This document shows positions 39,320 to 53,492 of a stretch of 64,000 nucleotides of DNA, piece by piece. A program made the translations under genes and the position numbers. This stretch comes from Antedon mediterranea (lineage: Eukaryota > Animalia > Echinodermata). Each line of letters starts with the position of its first letter. Position 1 is the first letter of the stretch. The stretch spans positions 23,298,795-23,362,794 of the forward strand of contig NC_092670.1 in NCBI RefSeq assembly GCF_964355755.1, written 5' to 3'. Below the pieces are notes generated by a model. That model had not been told where the DNA came from and ran no database searches. It saw nothing but the letters and a program-made list of their open reading frames with translations.

Positions 39320-40025
39320 TTTAGAAACCGGACCATCTTTTGCTAAGTTAAAGAGGCATTGATTGAAACAAATCCGGTACCAAATTTCCTTCCCCAACGG
39401 AACCAATTGTAGGCCTAACACTCAGAAGTCTAATCAACGCGCACGCATAATTATATGACCGTGACGTGACAGAGAAAACATCAATAGACCGATTTGGAAC
39501 CAGGACCGTACTTTGCCAAGTCAAGAGGTTCCAGTAAAGTTTGCAATAATTTACGGTTAGTGATAAGACTTGAACCGGAAATCCCCTTCACCAACGGAAC
39601 CAGGACCATACTTTGACAAGTCAAGAGGTTCTAGTAAAGTTTGCAATCATTGATACGGTTAGCGAAACGACTTGAACCGGAAATTCCCTTCACCAACGGA
39701 ACCAACTGTAGGCCTCACTCAGTTTAATCATACGCACATGAACGTGACAGGAGAACCACCAGGATAGACCAATTTAGAACCAGGACCGTACTTTGACAAG
39801 TCAAGAGGTTCTAAAGGTAAAGATACGGTTAGCGATACGACTTGAACCGGAAACCCCTTCCCCAACGGAACCGACTGCACTGACAAGTTTGCTCAACGCA
39901 CTGAAAGTAACTAGTAGCATACAAAAGTATCAGAGACCCACTTTCATTTTGTCAAGGGACCGTGTAGGCCCATCAATATAATACGAAAATCGGAAAATCC
40001 CCTTCCCTGACGGAACTACTGTACA
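39320..40025. repeat. Degenerate tandem array (4-5 units of ~100-190 bp) with recurring ETS/kB/Myb-like motifs
   Basis: gaaccaggaccgtactttgacaagtcaagagg and gaaccggaaatccccttcaccaacggaacc blocks recur at ~39320, 39497, 39596, 39777, with a degenerate copy at ~39990. Confidence 0.85.
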
Positions 40026-40699
40026 TTCGACACGGACGTCCACATACTTTTGGTAAATAAAGTTAACAACATCCTATAAGCGCCCCCATAACTGTATTGA
40101 CTGTGAACTCGCTTATGACGTTCAATGACGTCAAAAATGTCCAAAACAAACCATTCGATGATCTAATGTTTTGTGGTCGTTCCTAGTTCGAGTCCGGGTA
40201 TCATCCCTTAAGTATTGTTTATTCTGATAGAAGCTCCACTCATCATTCAGTGAATACAAACTTGACGCATGCAATTTATTAATTGATTGTTTTGCTAATT
40301 ATGTGTTGTTTTCTTTAGAGTAATATCTGTTGATCTCTTGGAGGATTCTCAAAGAATGGAAGATCGTTGATCAAGGAGATCAGCGGCTTAAATCGCGATC
40401 GTCTACTTCTGTAGAATCCAACACCGCTCACAAACAACGTTAGCATTTATAATAATGAAAACCACCATCACAACAATTTAATAACAGTCAAAGGACACTT
40501 TAGTCTACACAGAGTCACACACTTTAAATTTTACTCCAATTTTCTTAGAATACAACTTATATCATTAAGTAAGTCTTTTTACTTCTCTCAGTGTTTATTT
40601 AAACAAACACGAATTTCCGTATACACTTTAATAGGCCAAGTTTTCCAAATGTTGTTTAAATTACAACTGAATGTCAATTCATTGCATGCAAGCCTTTAA

Positions 40700-40850
40700 A
40701 GCTCTGTCCACACTATCAAACTAGTTTGACAAAGTGTGATGTGTCCAAATATGGTAGTGATGGTCAAATATGGTAGTGATATGACATCATCATGTCCATT
40801 ATATGGGCACATCACATTTTTTTGTCACATAGACAGTGTAGACAAGAGTT
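40700..40850. mobile_element. H1 MITE copy
   Basis: agctctgtccacactatcaaactagtttgac...agtgtagacaagag. Confidence 0.78.
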
Positions 40851-42339
40851 AAGACAAAGTGAATTAAACCTGTGAAAAGTACAATTCACTCTGATTAAAC
40901 TTTAACCTCAAGTTTTGAATTATAAATAAATGTATACACTTGTTAGTATCAGTGTCGGATACAGAAATTAAATTTCTCGTATACAAATGAAAATGTGCAT
41001 CTGTTGTGAGAATATTTGCTGTTTATTTAAGCGTACTATAACAATGGCCTATAATGATAAGGGTGGTTCGGCACTTGCTCCCATCTGCATCAAACCCTAT
41101 CCTCTTTCCCCTGCCCCACACATAAACCAAACACAATCCCCTACCTCTATCTGCATCGTCTTGAAGTGATGATTGGACACAGATGAGTATAATAGTATCA
41201 GTATCATTCTTATCATTACGGATGGTAATGTTTAAATCAATACTGTTATCCTTATTATGTTAATATTTATAATCATTATCAATATCATAATTATCGTATC
41301 ACTATTATAATCATTATCATATCGTTCGTTTAAAAGCCCAAACAAAGAACGAATAAATACGAAGAAAGCAATGTAGTTAAACTGATGATTAAATTTTATT
41401 GCAGTTTATAGTCATCCCATCATTGAATTTATTCTTGATGTTAATGGATGTTTTTTTTTTTTTTTTTTGCAATTGTTAATTTCGTGAAAATAATTTAAAA
41501 ACAGGCCTTTCTCTAATTATAGAACAATGGTAAGGTGCCTATATAAATGCAACATTATTATATTTAATGTCACGTGTCAACGACTGCACAGAGTGCGCAA
41601 CATAGCGTCCGGTTCTCTGTTCTATTACTGTGTCTAAAAAATATAACATTATCTGTCCAGTATCATAGGCAAATTCTGTAATACAGTGTCACATGTTAAA
41701 GTTTGTTTAAATACAGGCGTCGCGTCGTGTATTACAGAATTTTCCATACTGACAAAATGATAGATACAGTACCGACAATCGGCTAAATATCCGGTCTTTC
41801 TATTTAGTTAGTACCAAAAGGTTCATTTATTAATTTTTTCTCTTTTGTTGGCCTAATAAATATATATTTTATCGTAATAAAAGTTTATTTGATACATTCA
41901 GTTAAATGATACGGTACTGAATCCATGTAACTTTTCGTTTTTTTTTGTGTTGAAAATTGATTGTTTGTATTGCAACCGTACTTTTTTTAACTATTGTTAT
42001 GTGTAATTAAACATTTATCAAGAAATAAATAGCAGAAATAAGTACTGAAAGACACTATGCAATATGAATCTATACTTTTTCGTTTTAACAACTAATGTTT
42101 TTTGTTGCAACCTTACGGTTTTATAACTATTGTTATGTAGAATCATTGAACTTTAGGGCCTACTAATGTGTTAAGAAATAAATGTTTTAGACTGCTTAAA
42201 GTAGGAAGTATATTGTGTATGATGAGTGCAGTGTAGGACGCTCGAAAGTTTCCTGTATACAATCACGTTGAATGCTTTACAACAAGGGGCACGCTTATAA
42301 GAATATGAATGAATCTTGCTGCTGATGACAAATCACAGA

Positions 42340-42460
42340 TTCGTGACGTATGACGCATGTGCTCAGTCACAAGTGATTTCATTGGTTTAATCTGTTCAAC
42401 GCTCCGCCCACCTTCTTATACGAACACTATTTAATGGCGTTATAATCGCGATATAAATTA
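42340..42460 (+). promoter_or_regulatory. Probable proximal promoter of the bHLH gene
   Basis: Tandem CRE-like tgacgta/tgacgca (42344-42357), inverted CCAAT (42381), GC box ccgccc (42404), TATAAA (42452); ~380 bp upstream of the ATG. Confidence 0.55.
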
Positions 42461-42835
42461 TGCTTTGGCTAATATTACACATTTTGCTTACCGTTATATT
42501 TTCTAATAGAGTAACCATTACTTGTGTGGTAGATGTTTTTCAATTTTGAATATTTTTGTCTAGCAGCGTATACAACAGTGTTACGTAACGCCTACTGTTT
42601 CTCAAGCCAAACGAAGCATTCGGTACTTCAGCTAACTTTTGGGTACGATTCCAAGAGACACTTAATGCATCTTAAAACATTTTTGTTTGTAATATCGGAA
42701 ATTGTGACGTGTAGCTTTTGTGAATTCGTACCACTTATATCACTTATATATGTATATTTCTCATTGTAAATCTTGAAGTTGTTGAATATCGTTTTGTACA
42801 CACTTGAAGGGCTTAGAAACTTCCAATCTAACGTC

Positions 42836-43489
42836 ATGACCGACTCGCAGTATTTGAAAGAAAACTTTGAGAATAAGCCGCATTTACAGTCTTGCTTCCA
42901 GTCGGCTCACAACTTCGGAGGGATGATGGACGTACCGTGTTCGTCGTATTTGTCTGACGGAGCGTCGCAATCACTCCAATATATGGCAACGTTAGAAAAA
43001 GACTTTTCGACACCAAGTGGTGGTGACTATTTCTACAATGGCGAGAATGAGCACAAATCAAGTTCCTGCACATCGTTTGAAAGTCAACTAGACGGCTCAC
43101 AAACGTACGGCTGCCGAAGGTCTACGAACGAAAAACGAGATCGTATAAACGAACGAGAACGGGAACGCATGCACCAACTGTGTGACGCGTTTGAGCGATT
43201 ACGAGGCGTGCTTCCGTACAAGAAAGCTAAAAAGGGTCCAAATAGACAAAAGCTATCCAAAATTTCGACGCTTCTTCTTGCGCAAAATTACATAAAAACC
43301 CTAGAGGATCTGCTACATAGCAATCAAGAATATGATGTGCCGCAGTTACCGGCAAATCACAACTCAATCGGAGATTTTCTTGGTAATGCGATGTTGACAA
43401 TGACGACACCAGATACGTACACGCAACAGAATCAGTACAACTACTATCAAACTCAACAATCCGAGCACCATACCTTTCCGTATGTATAG
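42836..43489 (+). CDS. Intronless group A bHLH transcription factor, Olig/Beta3/Mist-related but divergent, 217 aa
   Basis: First ATG is at 42836 (the ORF track starts at an upstream TTG). Domain KRDRINERERERMHQLCDAFERLRGVLPY..KLSKISTLLLAQNYIKTL; KLSKIxTLLLAxNYI resembles the Olig/Beta3 helix 2. Confidence 0.88.
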   Translation: MTDSQYLKENFENKPHLQSCFQSAHNFGGMMDVPCSSYLSDGASQSLQYMATLEKDFSTPSGGDYFYNGENEHKSSSCTSFESQLDGSQTYGCRRSTNEKRDRINERERERMHQLCDAFERLRGVLPYKKAKKGPNRQKLSKISTLLLAQNYIKTLEDLLHSNQEYDVPQLPANHNSIGDFLGNAMLTMTTPDTYTQQNQYNYYQTQQSEHHTFPYV

Positions 43490-46400
43490 TGTGAGTGCAC
43501 AAGTGAGTAGAACTCTTTTAAAATAGGTAGACTGGAGCTATAGAATCTGCACGGAAGAGAGACTCACTTTGATGTACAATTGACTTTTTAGCTGCGCTAA
43601 AATATTAAATACTTTATTGGGGAAAACGGGAATAGAACTCTTTAAAATGGTTGAGATTTGAACTGATCATCAAAGAGAAGAAACTCAATATTTATAAAAT
43701 GAACTCATATTAGCTGAGCTAATAGGTTTACTGACTTTTGTTTTAAAGCGAATTAATATATGTATATAATACAATACAAGGTACATAAAAAGACAGTGCT
43801 TTATTTTTATGACGCAAGTAGTTCTACCATGTTATTTTTGTCGCTGGTAGTTTCACTGTGTTTTATTGCTAAGCTAACTCGTAGGAACCACCAATAGCAG
43901 ATAACAGCTATACAAACAAAGAAGAACCGGAAAAAATGAAAAGAAACTAAAATAGATAAACTTCAATTTAGAAAGATAGAAATGTAAATTTTATGACGCA
44001 AACATTTTGGACTTTCTGGTAAAGCTGATAACATATTTTATAGTAAATATTTAAAACATAAATAACTAATTGATAATTAAACCTTGCAGTGATGCCTTGA
44101 TTGTTGTTGCATCTATTTAAATGTATAAGTTTTATATTAAACGTTAAAACAATCTTGTTTTCTATTTTTAGAAACTTCAAACAAACACTTAAGACCGAAC
44201 ACATACTTTAATTGATTTAAAATTAAATCCTAACAATGTTATCAATGTTATGCAGTAAACACATTTTGTATCTAATTACTGCAGTATCTTATACTTTCTT
44301 GCAGTTAAAACTCGTATTGAAAATTCATTTCTTTGATAAATAATAACTGTCCTTTAATCAGATTTGAACCCACGACTATTTACAGTTAGGCCAGGGACTT
44401 ACTTATGAAATTTCATCTATGATCAAATTTGAATTTATTTAAAATTGTTATAATGATTGCACTGTTATTCCAAATTTATTGATTATGTATTATGTATAGT
44501 TTGCTGTTGTGTTCTACTCAGTACTTTTTGTAGTGCTTTTTGTAGCCCTGGGAGTAGGCTAAGTTTGAACAAACACTTTGAATGTAGTATGCGGACACAG
44601 GCCCTTACGTTCCAGGAATCAGCAGTCTTGGCATATCTGTGTGGGCGAGCTCAAGTACATTTTGTCGGTCGACATTTATACATTTTACCAAAAGAAATTA
44701 ATATTTTGTCTTCCAGTAAACGCAATATAATAATAGTAAAATGTTATTTTGTGGTAATAATTTGTACTGAAGCGATATTGGTGATAAATAAAAATAAATA
44801 TATGTATTTATGTTACATCGTTGTGTTTTTATTTTAGACTTGTTTTTAGAAATTGTTGGATTATAATTTCACAATTGATATGATTAGTTGATGTTCAGAG
44901 ATTAAAATTGAGAAGTTGGGTGCAATACACGAGACCACGAAGCCATTTCAGTTTAGCATGCTCCTTTTAAAACTGTTTACCTTATAGGCTGAAGCTAAGG
45001 CCTAATAAGACTATATGTGGATGAAATGCCAAACGTGTTTACTGGATACGATTGCATACATTCATACTTCAGTTTGTTCCAAATGTATTAACATGTCCTG
45101 GCTATAATTATTATTGATATAAAACAATACAATAATACATTTCTTTATTTGATTGATTGGTTGATTTAAGCATCAACTCGCAAACAACCTATTAGGCCTA
45201 TATATGCCCGGATGCTTATATCTCAGATCGTCATTAAGCATGCGGGTCAACACAGGTCAAAAATTGTATGACACTGATTTCTCTTTTTATCCACCTATGG
45301 TATCTGTAGTCAAAAGGCTACAATTCTTTTCATTTCAGAATCATAGTCTACATTTTGACTCGGGATGCGCGGTAAAAACTCTTCCATGTTAAAAGCTCTT
45401 CCATGTGTAAGAAGCCTACAAAAAATCAAAATATAGGCTACGGTATTTTTTATTGGCAGCAAAAACGGTATAAATTTATAAATACCGTATTTTATCCCAA
45501 AATTTGGTGGGAAAAATACGATATACAAAATACAGTATATTTTTTATGAGTCCCGTTTTCCGCTGCCAACCGTATTAGGCCTATACGGTATTTAAAAAAA
45601 AAACGTTTTAATTAAATACGGTATTCACTTGGCAGCAGAAACAGGGCCAACACTGTTAATAAAAAATAAATTGAAATATCTCGTACACAATGGAATGTAA
45701 GGAATTGTATTTAGAAATCTTATTATGAAACACAAACAATGACATATTATTTTTGTCTTCATTATTATTGGGTAAAAAACAAAATCCGACGGTATATGAA
45801 AGAGTTCAATGCTGAGAAAAACTTCCTATAAATAATCTAGACAAATAAGATAACAATTAGTATTAAAGTTTTCCATTTATACTCAATTACTTGACCTTTC
45901 TCATTATCATTCTTGAAAACCACAATAAAGACCGTCATTCGTTGATTATATACAATGACCCGATCCTCACTCGGGTATTACATTAAAACCATAAAAGATG
46001 TATTGTCCCATGACAAATATGTTAATGTCACATAATAGTTATCCACTTTGATAAAAAATTGGATCCAAAAAAATATTTACCTGAAAAAACTGTTATTTAA
46101 AGCAAAACAATGGTCAAATTGGCTGCCAACCAATGTGTTTTGGTTGAATTTAACCGTTTATTTTGTTATTTTATAATAAGTGAAAACATAATTTGTTTTA
46201 CTTTTTTTTCTACGGAAGTGATTACCTTAACTGACTACAAAATAACCTACTAAAAGTCTGATTTTATTAATCTTTTTCATGTTTTTGGGAGACAATATCT
46301 TGAAAAAAATACCGTAATTCTGTTGATCTATAGACTACAATAGTCAATCTGGGGACCATATCTTAACCCCTGTATAAAAGGATTATACCTACTGTATTAT

Positions 46401-46565
46401 ACCGCTATGGTACAGAAACAGAAAATGGACAGAATCATTTATTTTAGTATCGGGATGACCAGGATTTATTTTAAAAGACAAAATTGTTAATAATACAAAT
46501 GGTTGAATTTTACGTCATCAAGAACATCTAAATTTTAAAAATTGAATTTCTTTTTTTTTTCATAT

Positions 46566-46840
46566 AGGAGAGTTTAGGCCTATAGTTAATAAGTTTGGTA
46601 GATTAGGAATGCTGCGTATTAAAGCAACTCGATTTATGAATTCCTTTCTACCTTCAGCAGTCAGTATATTTAATAAAAACAAACCTAGATAAGATAATTA
46701 GAATTTTCATTGTTGATAAAATTGTTGGTATTTTGCAAGTGTTGTAAATTTTTTCTACTAATTGAGTGTATTCTTTATCGCAACAGGAAGACAAGTTTCA
46801 TACTGTACTTTTTGGGTTTGTATGACAATAAAAGATTTGT
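46566..46840 (+). mobile_element. 3' fragment of a Rex1/Babar-like LINE
   Basis: ..GRLGMLRIKATRFMNSFLPSAVSIFN.. followed by a 3' end caagtttcatac...gtatgacaataaaagatt. Confidence 0.65.
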
Positions 46841-46849
46841 ATCTGTAGG

Positions 46850-47372
46850 AAAAGCTCGATTTTTGTTCAACTTTTAAGTTGTTTTTGCTGCTACAATTAT
46901 ATTTTGCAACTGTTCATTTTCATGTGTAAACATTGTGATAGGTGTGTCACATATATCACTATATACGCTATGGAGAGAGCATTTGTACGTTTTGTACTAT
47001 ATTATTGCACAAATCCATATACAAATAGGGTATCAAAATATCGGAATAGCTCTATTTTTTCTTCAACTTTTAATTTGTTATTCTGCTACTTCGAAATGTT
47101 CCCTTTATTTTCATGTGTAAACAATATAGGTGGGCCACGTAGGCCTAATATCACTTACATGCTTTATTGTATGAGAGAGCGTTTGTACGTGTTGTACTAT
47201 TATTGCACAAATGTGGTATCAAAATATCGATCGAGCTCGATTTTGTGTTCAACTTTAATTTTTTTTTCCTGCTACTTTGAAATTTATTTTCATATGTAAA
47301 CATATGAATATAGTATAGGTTGGTCACGTAATACGGTATCACTTACTGTATGTTTTATTGTATGAGAGAGCG
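46850..47372. repeat. Diverged tandem triplication of ~190 bp
   Basis: agctcgattt..ttcaacttt..ctgctac..ttttcatgtgtaaaca..gagagagc..tgtacgt recurs at ~46850, ~47047 and ~47233. Confidence 0.75.
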
Positions 47373-49314
47373 TTATAAAAAATGAATGGTCCTGGGGTAA
47401 ATTACATTTGAAAATCTCCCTTGAGTGAGTATCTTCACCCTCCGTCATTTGTGAATGTGTCAATCTCACGAGAAAATCACCGTATACAGTATTAGTAGTG
47501 TCATAGGGCCTACAACCAATTTTCGTGTAGAATTTTAAACGTAGGCCTACGTGCACGTTGCGGGTGACCTACATCATCGTCCTGGTAATGAATTAAAAAT
47601 CTACTTGTTATATGATTTAGAAGAATAACACAAAATAAGCAGGCCTTTAGCTTAAGTTCATAATAATCAAATCGTATAGAATATATATTTATATATATAT
47701 AACCACACCTGTGGTTATCTTAACGTAATCTTATATAATTGTTAAGTTAGATGATATAATTGTTCATTTATTATGAGAGTTATTTTTTATTATAATATAA
47801 AGACCAATGATTTGTTTTATTTTATCTACTTGGTCACTTGACCTTAAAGAAACCTGTAATGCCTTGATCCACGCCTGTTCTTAACTGCAGTCAATATCCA
47901 CGTCCACCTATGCAACAGGTAACGACCTATATTGCTATTTGACTACAGAGCCAAAAATAACTAATTTATTTCCATATACGAATTGCTGGATAGCCTCACA
48001 CTACTAAGCATGTATATACTTTCGAATTACATAAATTAATATAGGTCTACTATTTTTTAAAAAAAACAACATAAAATTGAATAAAATATATATACAGTAT
48101 ACTTTTTAAAATTAAATTACGATGTCTTATGTTATTATTTAGCAGCGTATACGTTGCTATCAATCTCAACAGTGGCGTTGGATTATTGTTGCGTTTTTTA
48201 TTTAAATTTAGCCTTAAAACCACCTTAAAAAATTAGGTCCATAACTCATGTAAAAATAAGTTAAATCAACTTTCAAAACTTTCTATATGGACAATTTCAT
48301 TTGTGAATTTACTATTTACTTGATTTCAACTCCCGCACGCGTAAACAAAAACTTCACACCTAAAAGGACTCATTACTATCAAATTAACAAACAACTCAAT
48401 GACCATACTGTGTAAAAAAGACAAACAATGCCACAAGACAAACAGATCGAATCCCAATTCAATCGTATAATTGCCCAATTATGATCTACCTGTCTCTCAT
48501 CAAGTGTCCACGCGTGCGTGTCCACCTGTAAAAACTTCCAAATAAAAACATAACATAATTCCAATGCAATAGCAGCAATATGTTGAAGATCAACAATTGC
48601 TCCTTCAGCCTATTGTTGTGGCCATCTTTCATCTAGGCCTACCTCTTGAGCCTCATACAAAATGATTGTAACCACATCGGAAGGCCTTGGTCCGCAACAA
48701 AAGTCTCACCTTGGATAACTCCACTCTTCCAGAATTCTTTCAATCTTCAAGATGCCCTACTCACTGTCGACATTACTCAACACTGCCCCTTCACTAAAGA
48801 GACACGTGGTTAATTTGTTTTTAGCGATACATAAGTATCTTTGTCGCTTTACCGATGCACTAACGTACCTGGGGCATTCCTCTGCATGAATTTATATACA
48901 CTTTTGAAACAGTGGCACACTTCTTTGAAAAAGGTGTATCTTGATTAATTAAGATTAACAGAATGTTTAGTTGTACTTGTAGGACCGAGTAAACTTGATA
49001 TTGAACGTCGCTTTTAAATCAGCGCGACACGTTGTTCCATTTACAATTTTTAAAAAGAGACAATTTACAAGAATATAATTATGATAAAACTACGAAATAC
49101 TGTAAACCTAAAAAACTATTAAGAAAATAAATAAAAATTAAATTATCAATCTAAATGTTAAAGAGTATTTATTCAATACTTTATACCATGTGTTATTATA
49201 TTATTATTTATATTATAAATCCAAGAGCTGCATAGGCAGGGCATAGAAACAAATCAAGATCAAATATTTGTATTATTATATACTTAAATAATAATTAATT
49301 CTATTTTCCTCGAT

Positions 49315-49683
49315 ACATTCCATCTCGTCGCCTCGCTCCTCTGACATCATCTATTCCCTGTTTCCGCACTAAGACTTACGGTAGATGCTCATTTTCTTTT
49401 GTTGCATCCTCTCTCTGGAACGAACTCCCTTCTTCTGTAAAACTTTCATCCGCTTTTGACTCGTTTAGGATTAATCAAAAAACCCATTCATTTATTGTTA
49501 TTATATGGAGAGCTTGGTTGGTCTCCAATTAGGCCTAACGATATTAGGATAGGGGTTGATAGTTGCTTTTGCCTTTTTACTTTTCTGTTAATAGTTATAT
49601 TTTATATTGTTATTGTGAAGGATGCACCTTTGTGCTAAGTGTGCCACCGATCTAAAGGTGTAATTCCAAATAAATAAATAAAA
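49315..49683 (+). mobile_element. 3' fragment of a CR1/L2-group LINE
   Basis: ..RTKTYGRCSFSFVASSLWNELPSSVK.. and an (AAAT)n tail at ~49668. Confidence 0.7.
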
Positions 49684-50587
49684 TATGATACTGATTGGAT
49701 ATGTTTACATTAATAAAGTAATTTCCATATCACCATTACAATACGCGAACGCGTCGAACCGGCGAGTTCTCTATAGCAGAGCGACTGCCGTTTATTCCAT
49801 AATATAAAAGCCATTATATTATTATTATTATAGGCCAATAACCGATATGTTTACCTGTTACGAGTTCAACAACATATAAAGTGTTTAGTAATACAACTAT
49901 TTTTTGTATTGTTTTCAAATTTTTTGTTATTTTATTTACGTTATCCATACAATCTTAGCGTTAAGTATTTAATTGTTCAATGGTATATAAGACCAGTGGC
50001 AATGGAGAATGCATTGATTAGGCTCATCTATCTTTACGGAATAGGCTTAGCATAAAAGACCTATTTGTCGGTTATGTTAGAAGATTTAATTTTAAGTGTC
50101 TCTTAAAGTAATCTTTCCTATTACGTCGAAGGTCATGGCTGATTTATGGTAAGCAAATTAACAAACCTGACATACATTTTGTACAAACAATACAGTAGAA
50201 TCCCAGGGGACACCTTGGGGATCGACCAATAGGCCTACTGATGTCCCTAGCTGGCGTTGGCCGATACTGTTAAAATGTCCTCTATGTCATGAAACAGTGT
50301 CTCCTTAATAGGGGTGTCCCAACGGAGGGGTTCTAATGTATAACCTAAAATTATATGTTTATTTTATTTCTAATTTATAATTGTTAAAAATATATATAAA
50401 GCCTGGTTCACATCGGATGCACAAGGATGTGTGCAAGGTGACATTCACACCTCTCCTTCTGAACACATTCAGGGGACACCCCTATTCAGCGGAGCTCCTT
50501 TTCAGAAGATAACAACCCCTATCGCCGCCGGTGCCCTATCCAGGAGACACCCCAAAGTAGACTCGTATTCAATAGTACACCACTTAA

Positions 50588-50900
50588 GGATATATTGTCC
50601 CCTAAAAACTTTTGCTTTGGAAAATGCCTTAATCTCGCGTAATAATTATTCACTTTGACCAAAACCTGGATCTAACAAAATTGATTTACCTGAAAAAAAT
50701 ATAATTTAAAGCAAAAAATACTTTGGTTTTTGGTTAAAATTAACCGTTTAGTTTGTCTTTTAATAAGTGAAATAATATTTTCTGGGGGTTTTTTTTCTTA
50801 ACTTTAAGGTTTTAAATTTATTAAAAATGCAAAATGGCCTATTTAAAGTCTGATTTTATATTATTCTTAATTGTTCATGTTTTGAGGGGACAATACATCT
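50588..50900. mobile_element. Kolobok-like MITE (TTAA TSD, RR..YY termini), family K
   Basis: ttaa|ggatatattgtcccc...ggggacaatacatct|ttaa. Related copies at ~1330-1618, 5860-6182, 45993-46300, 57610-57952 and 63493-63760. Confidence 0.75.
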
Positions 50901-51488
50901 TTAAGATGATACTTTGCCGAGTATCCGAGTATCATTTATTATTTGCGTCACTACTCCAAACATGATGTTTGCTTATTTCGCTTATATAGGCCTACATTCG
51001 ATCATGCTTATTGATTATTAGTTACAACCTGTGCTACACGATTTTGTTGAAATTGTTCAAGAAGTTTGATCATTCAAATTACACAGTAAAATCCCTATTC
51101 TTTTGTACAAATGTTGTAATAAATGCATTTTAAACAATTATGACAAAATAAACGGTGTGGTAACAAATATTTACAGATGACTAAATATATATATAATACA
51201 ACTTACGTTTCTGGTGTTTTTATTCAACTTCAACATTTTTTTTCGTGCTATAGCAAAAATTATCCACTGTATACTCACCAACTTTTTGCATTTTTTCACT
51301 TTCTTGGAGTCACGAGATATGATATTACCTAACTACTGAAAAGTCTATCTGGCTTTTATGGCAGAATTTTGCCAAATTTTGTATTTGGTAATTTTAAGAG
51401 AAATTCCTGTTTTTTTTATAATATTTAAAGTTCATGCCTGTTATCTTTAACATAAAGGTAAAAAAACTAGATATATCAGTATAAGTCT

Positions 51489-51790
51489 AACAAGGCCAAC
51501 AGCCATAAGTCACGTGCTCTCAGAAAAAAATGAACTTTCAAAAAGTAATGTACTTTAAAACTTTTCTGTACATCAAAACAGTTCAAAAAGTACAGAAAAA
51601 CGCAAAGTGATACCCGACAGACCGACCGACCGACCGACATAGTTAAAACTTGTCTGTACATCAAAAAAGTTCAAAAAGTACAGAAAAGCGATAAAACGCA
51701 TAGTGATACCGGACCGACAGACAGACCGACAAACCGACAGACCGACCGACCGACATAGTGAACTATAGAGTCGCGTCCACGCGACTAAAA
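51489..51790 (-). mobile_element. HINE-like element, same family as 5053-5856
   Basis: aacaaggccaacagccataagtcacgtg...(GACM)n...gagtcgcgtccacgcgactaaaaa. Confidence 0.8.
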
Positions 51791-53492
51791 ATGTTGGTAG
51801 TTACCACGGTATTGATACCGAGAAAAAAACACAACAAACAAAACGGATATTACTTTAATTACAGAATTGAGGGTCTCATCCAAAGGGAATCCTATGAGAT
51901 TAAATAAATAACAGTTATAAAGTATAATAATAGATGTGGGATATGATTTAAATACACAGTGGTTAAAATGCAGTGCGGGTTCAAAGAGGTCATTGATATA
52001 TCAAACTGTGATTGAACCACGAATTTAAATTCATGCGCATGGGCATATTTTATCTGAGTACTTATTTTTAATAAGTTGCTATAGCTCGTTAAAATGAACT
52101 GTGACCCAAATTTATATTACATAATTCAGAGTTGTAGCCTAAATACCGTTTATGATTGATATGATCCGATATTGTGATGTTAATGACGGCCATTTGACGT
52201 TTCTTTCCTAGATATAACATTTATTTTTTATTTTGAATATGTCATGTACAAACTGTACTGCTGCTGGTGTTTACGTGTTATAACTTATAATGTTTGAGGT
52301 TTATTTTACGTCTGAATTGGGCTTTTTATGAAGGGAGATTTAAACATTTCGTTTCGTATGTTTAAAACTGTAAAGCTAAATTTAACTAGCTTTGCTCAAA
52401 TCAGATTTCATATATGGTTATGCCTAACCAAAAAACACAATCATAGATATTTCGGCCGATGGGTAAACCACTTTTACTTTATGCGTCGACTACTTCATAA
52501 GGAAATGAGGGTGCTAGTTGAATGTTCTATAGTACATTCATTAACATACGTTAATAAACATTGAACATTGCTGATAAATAATAAACTATATATGCATGCA
52601 GTCTATAGCAATTTTAACACGCACCAATTGCTTAGGCCTATTAGGAAAATGCGAAAAATGAGTTCAGCTTAACTGGATCCCCTTCCCTTCTCATATGAAT
52701 TACGAAATGTTATTTTGAAATGTAGGTTAATAATTTTTTTTTCTCTTTCGTGGGGGTCACCCACATTTAATCCATTCCTTTTACAAATATATATTATATA
52801 ATATACATACATTTTTGTAAAAATATAAAAACAATAAAATTCAATAGAGAAGTTAAAAAGGCACTATATCTATACATACATAAAATCGATGGAGTAAAAG
52901 TAATACATTTTATGTTTATTGCAAGTTACAGCAAAAGTACGACTGTTTATCATTTAAATTTACTTTATATTAAGAAATGTATTAAAAAGTAGCTGTTTCT
53001 TTTATTATATTTTAAATCTGTACTCACCATTAGATGTTTCTTTTTTTTCTTTTGACCTTATATTACATCCATTACAAATATATACACCCATACACACATT
53101 AATAGACCTATTTACATTCACGAATCAGTTTAACATATTTATTATATAACATAACACATTATATGCTACTTTTTATGTTTTGGCCTTGTATAACATTTGT
53201 TTCATTCTACTATTTCTAAACCTTAAAGTTCTGTTCTTACTATGTTGGCCATTTACATTTGTTTGCTCATTTGTAGGCTAACCATTTGGAAATTAATATC
53301 TTATTCCAGAAAATTATCTGTAAACTATATATTACAGTATACAATCACCCAGGCTCATTCGGGACACCCCTTATTCAACACACCTATTAACTGGATACCA
53401 TTATTAAGTATGGATGGTTTATGAAACGCACGAGACAGGTATAATGTATGTTAGCACATGACCGACCATTGTTAATATGAAACCTCTATTTA

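Noticed and set aside
48560-48920. Possible decayed RNase H/CCHC end of an I-group LINE
   Set aside because: Too degenerate to recover a consistent frame by eye; not reported as a feature.
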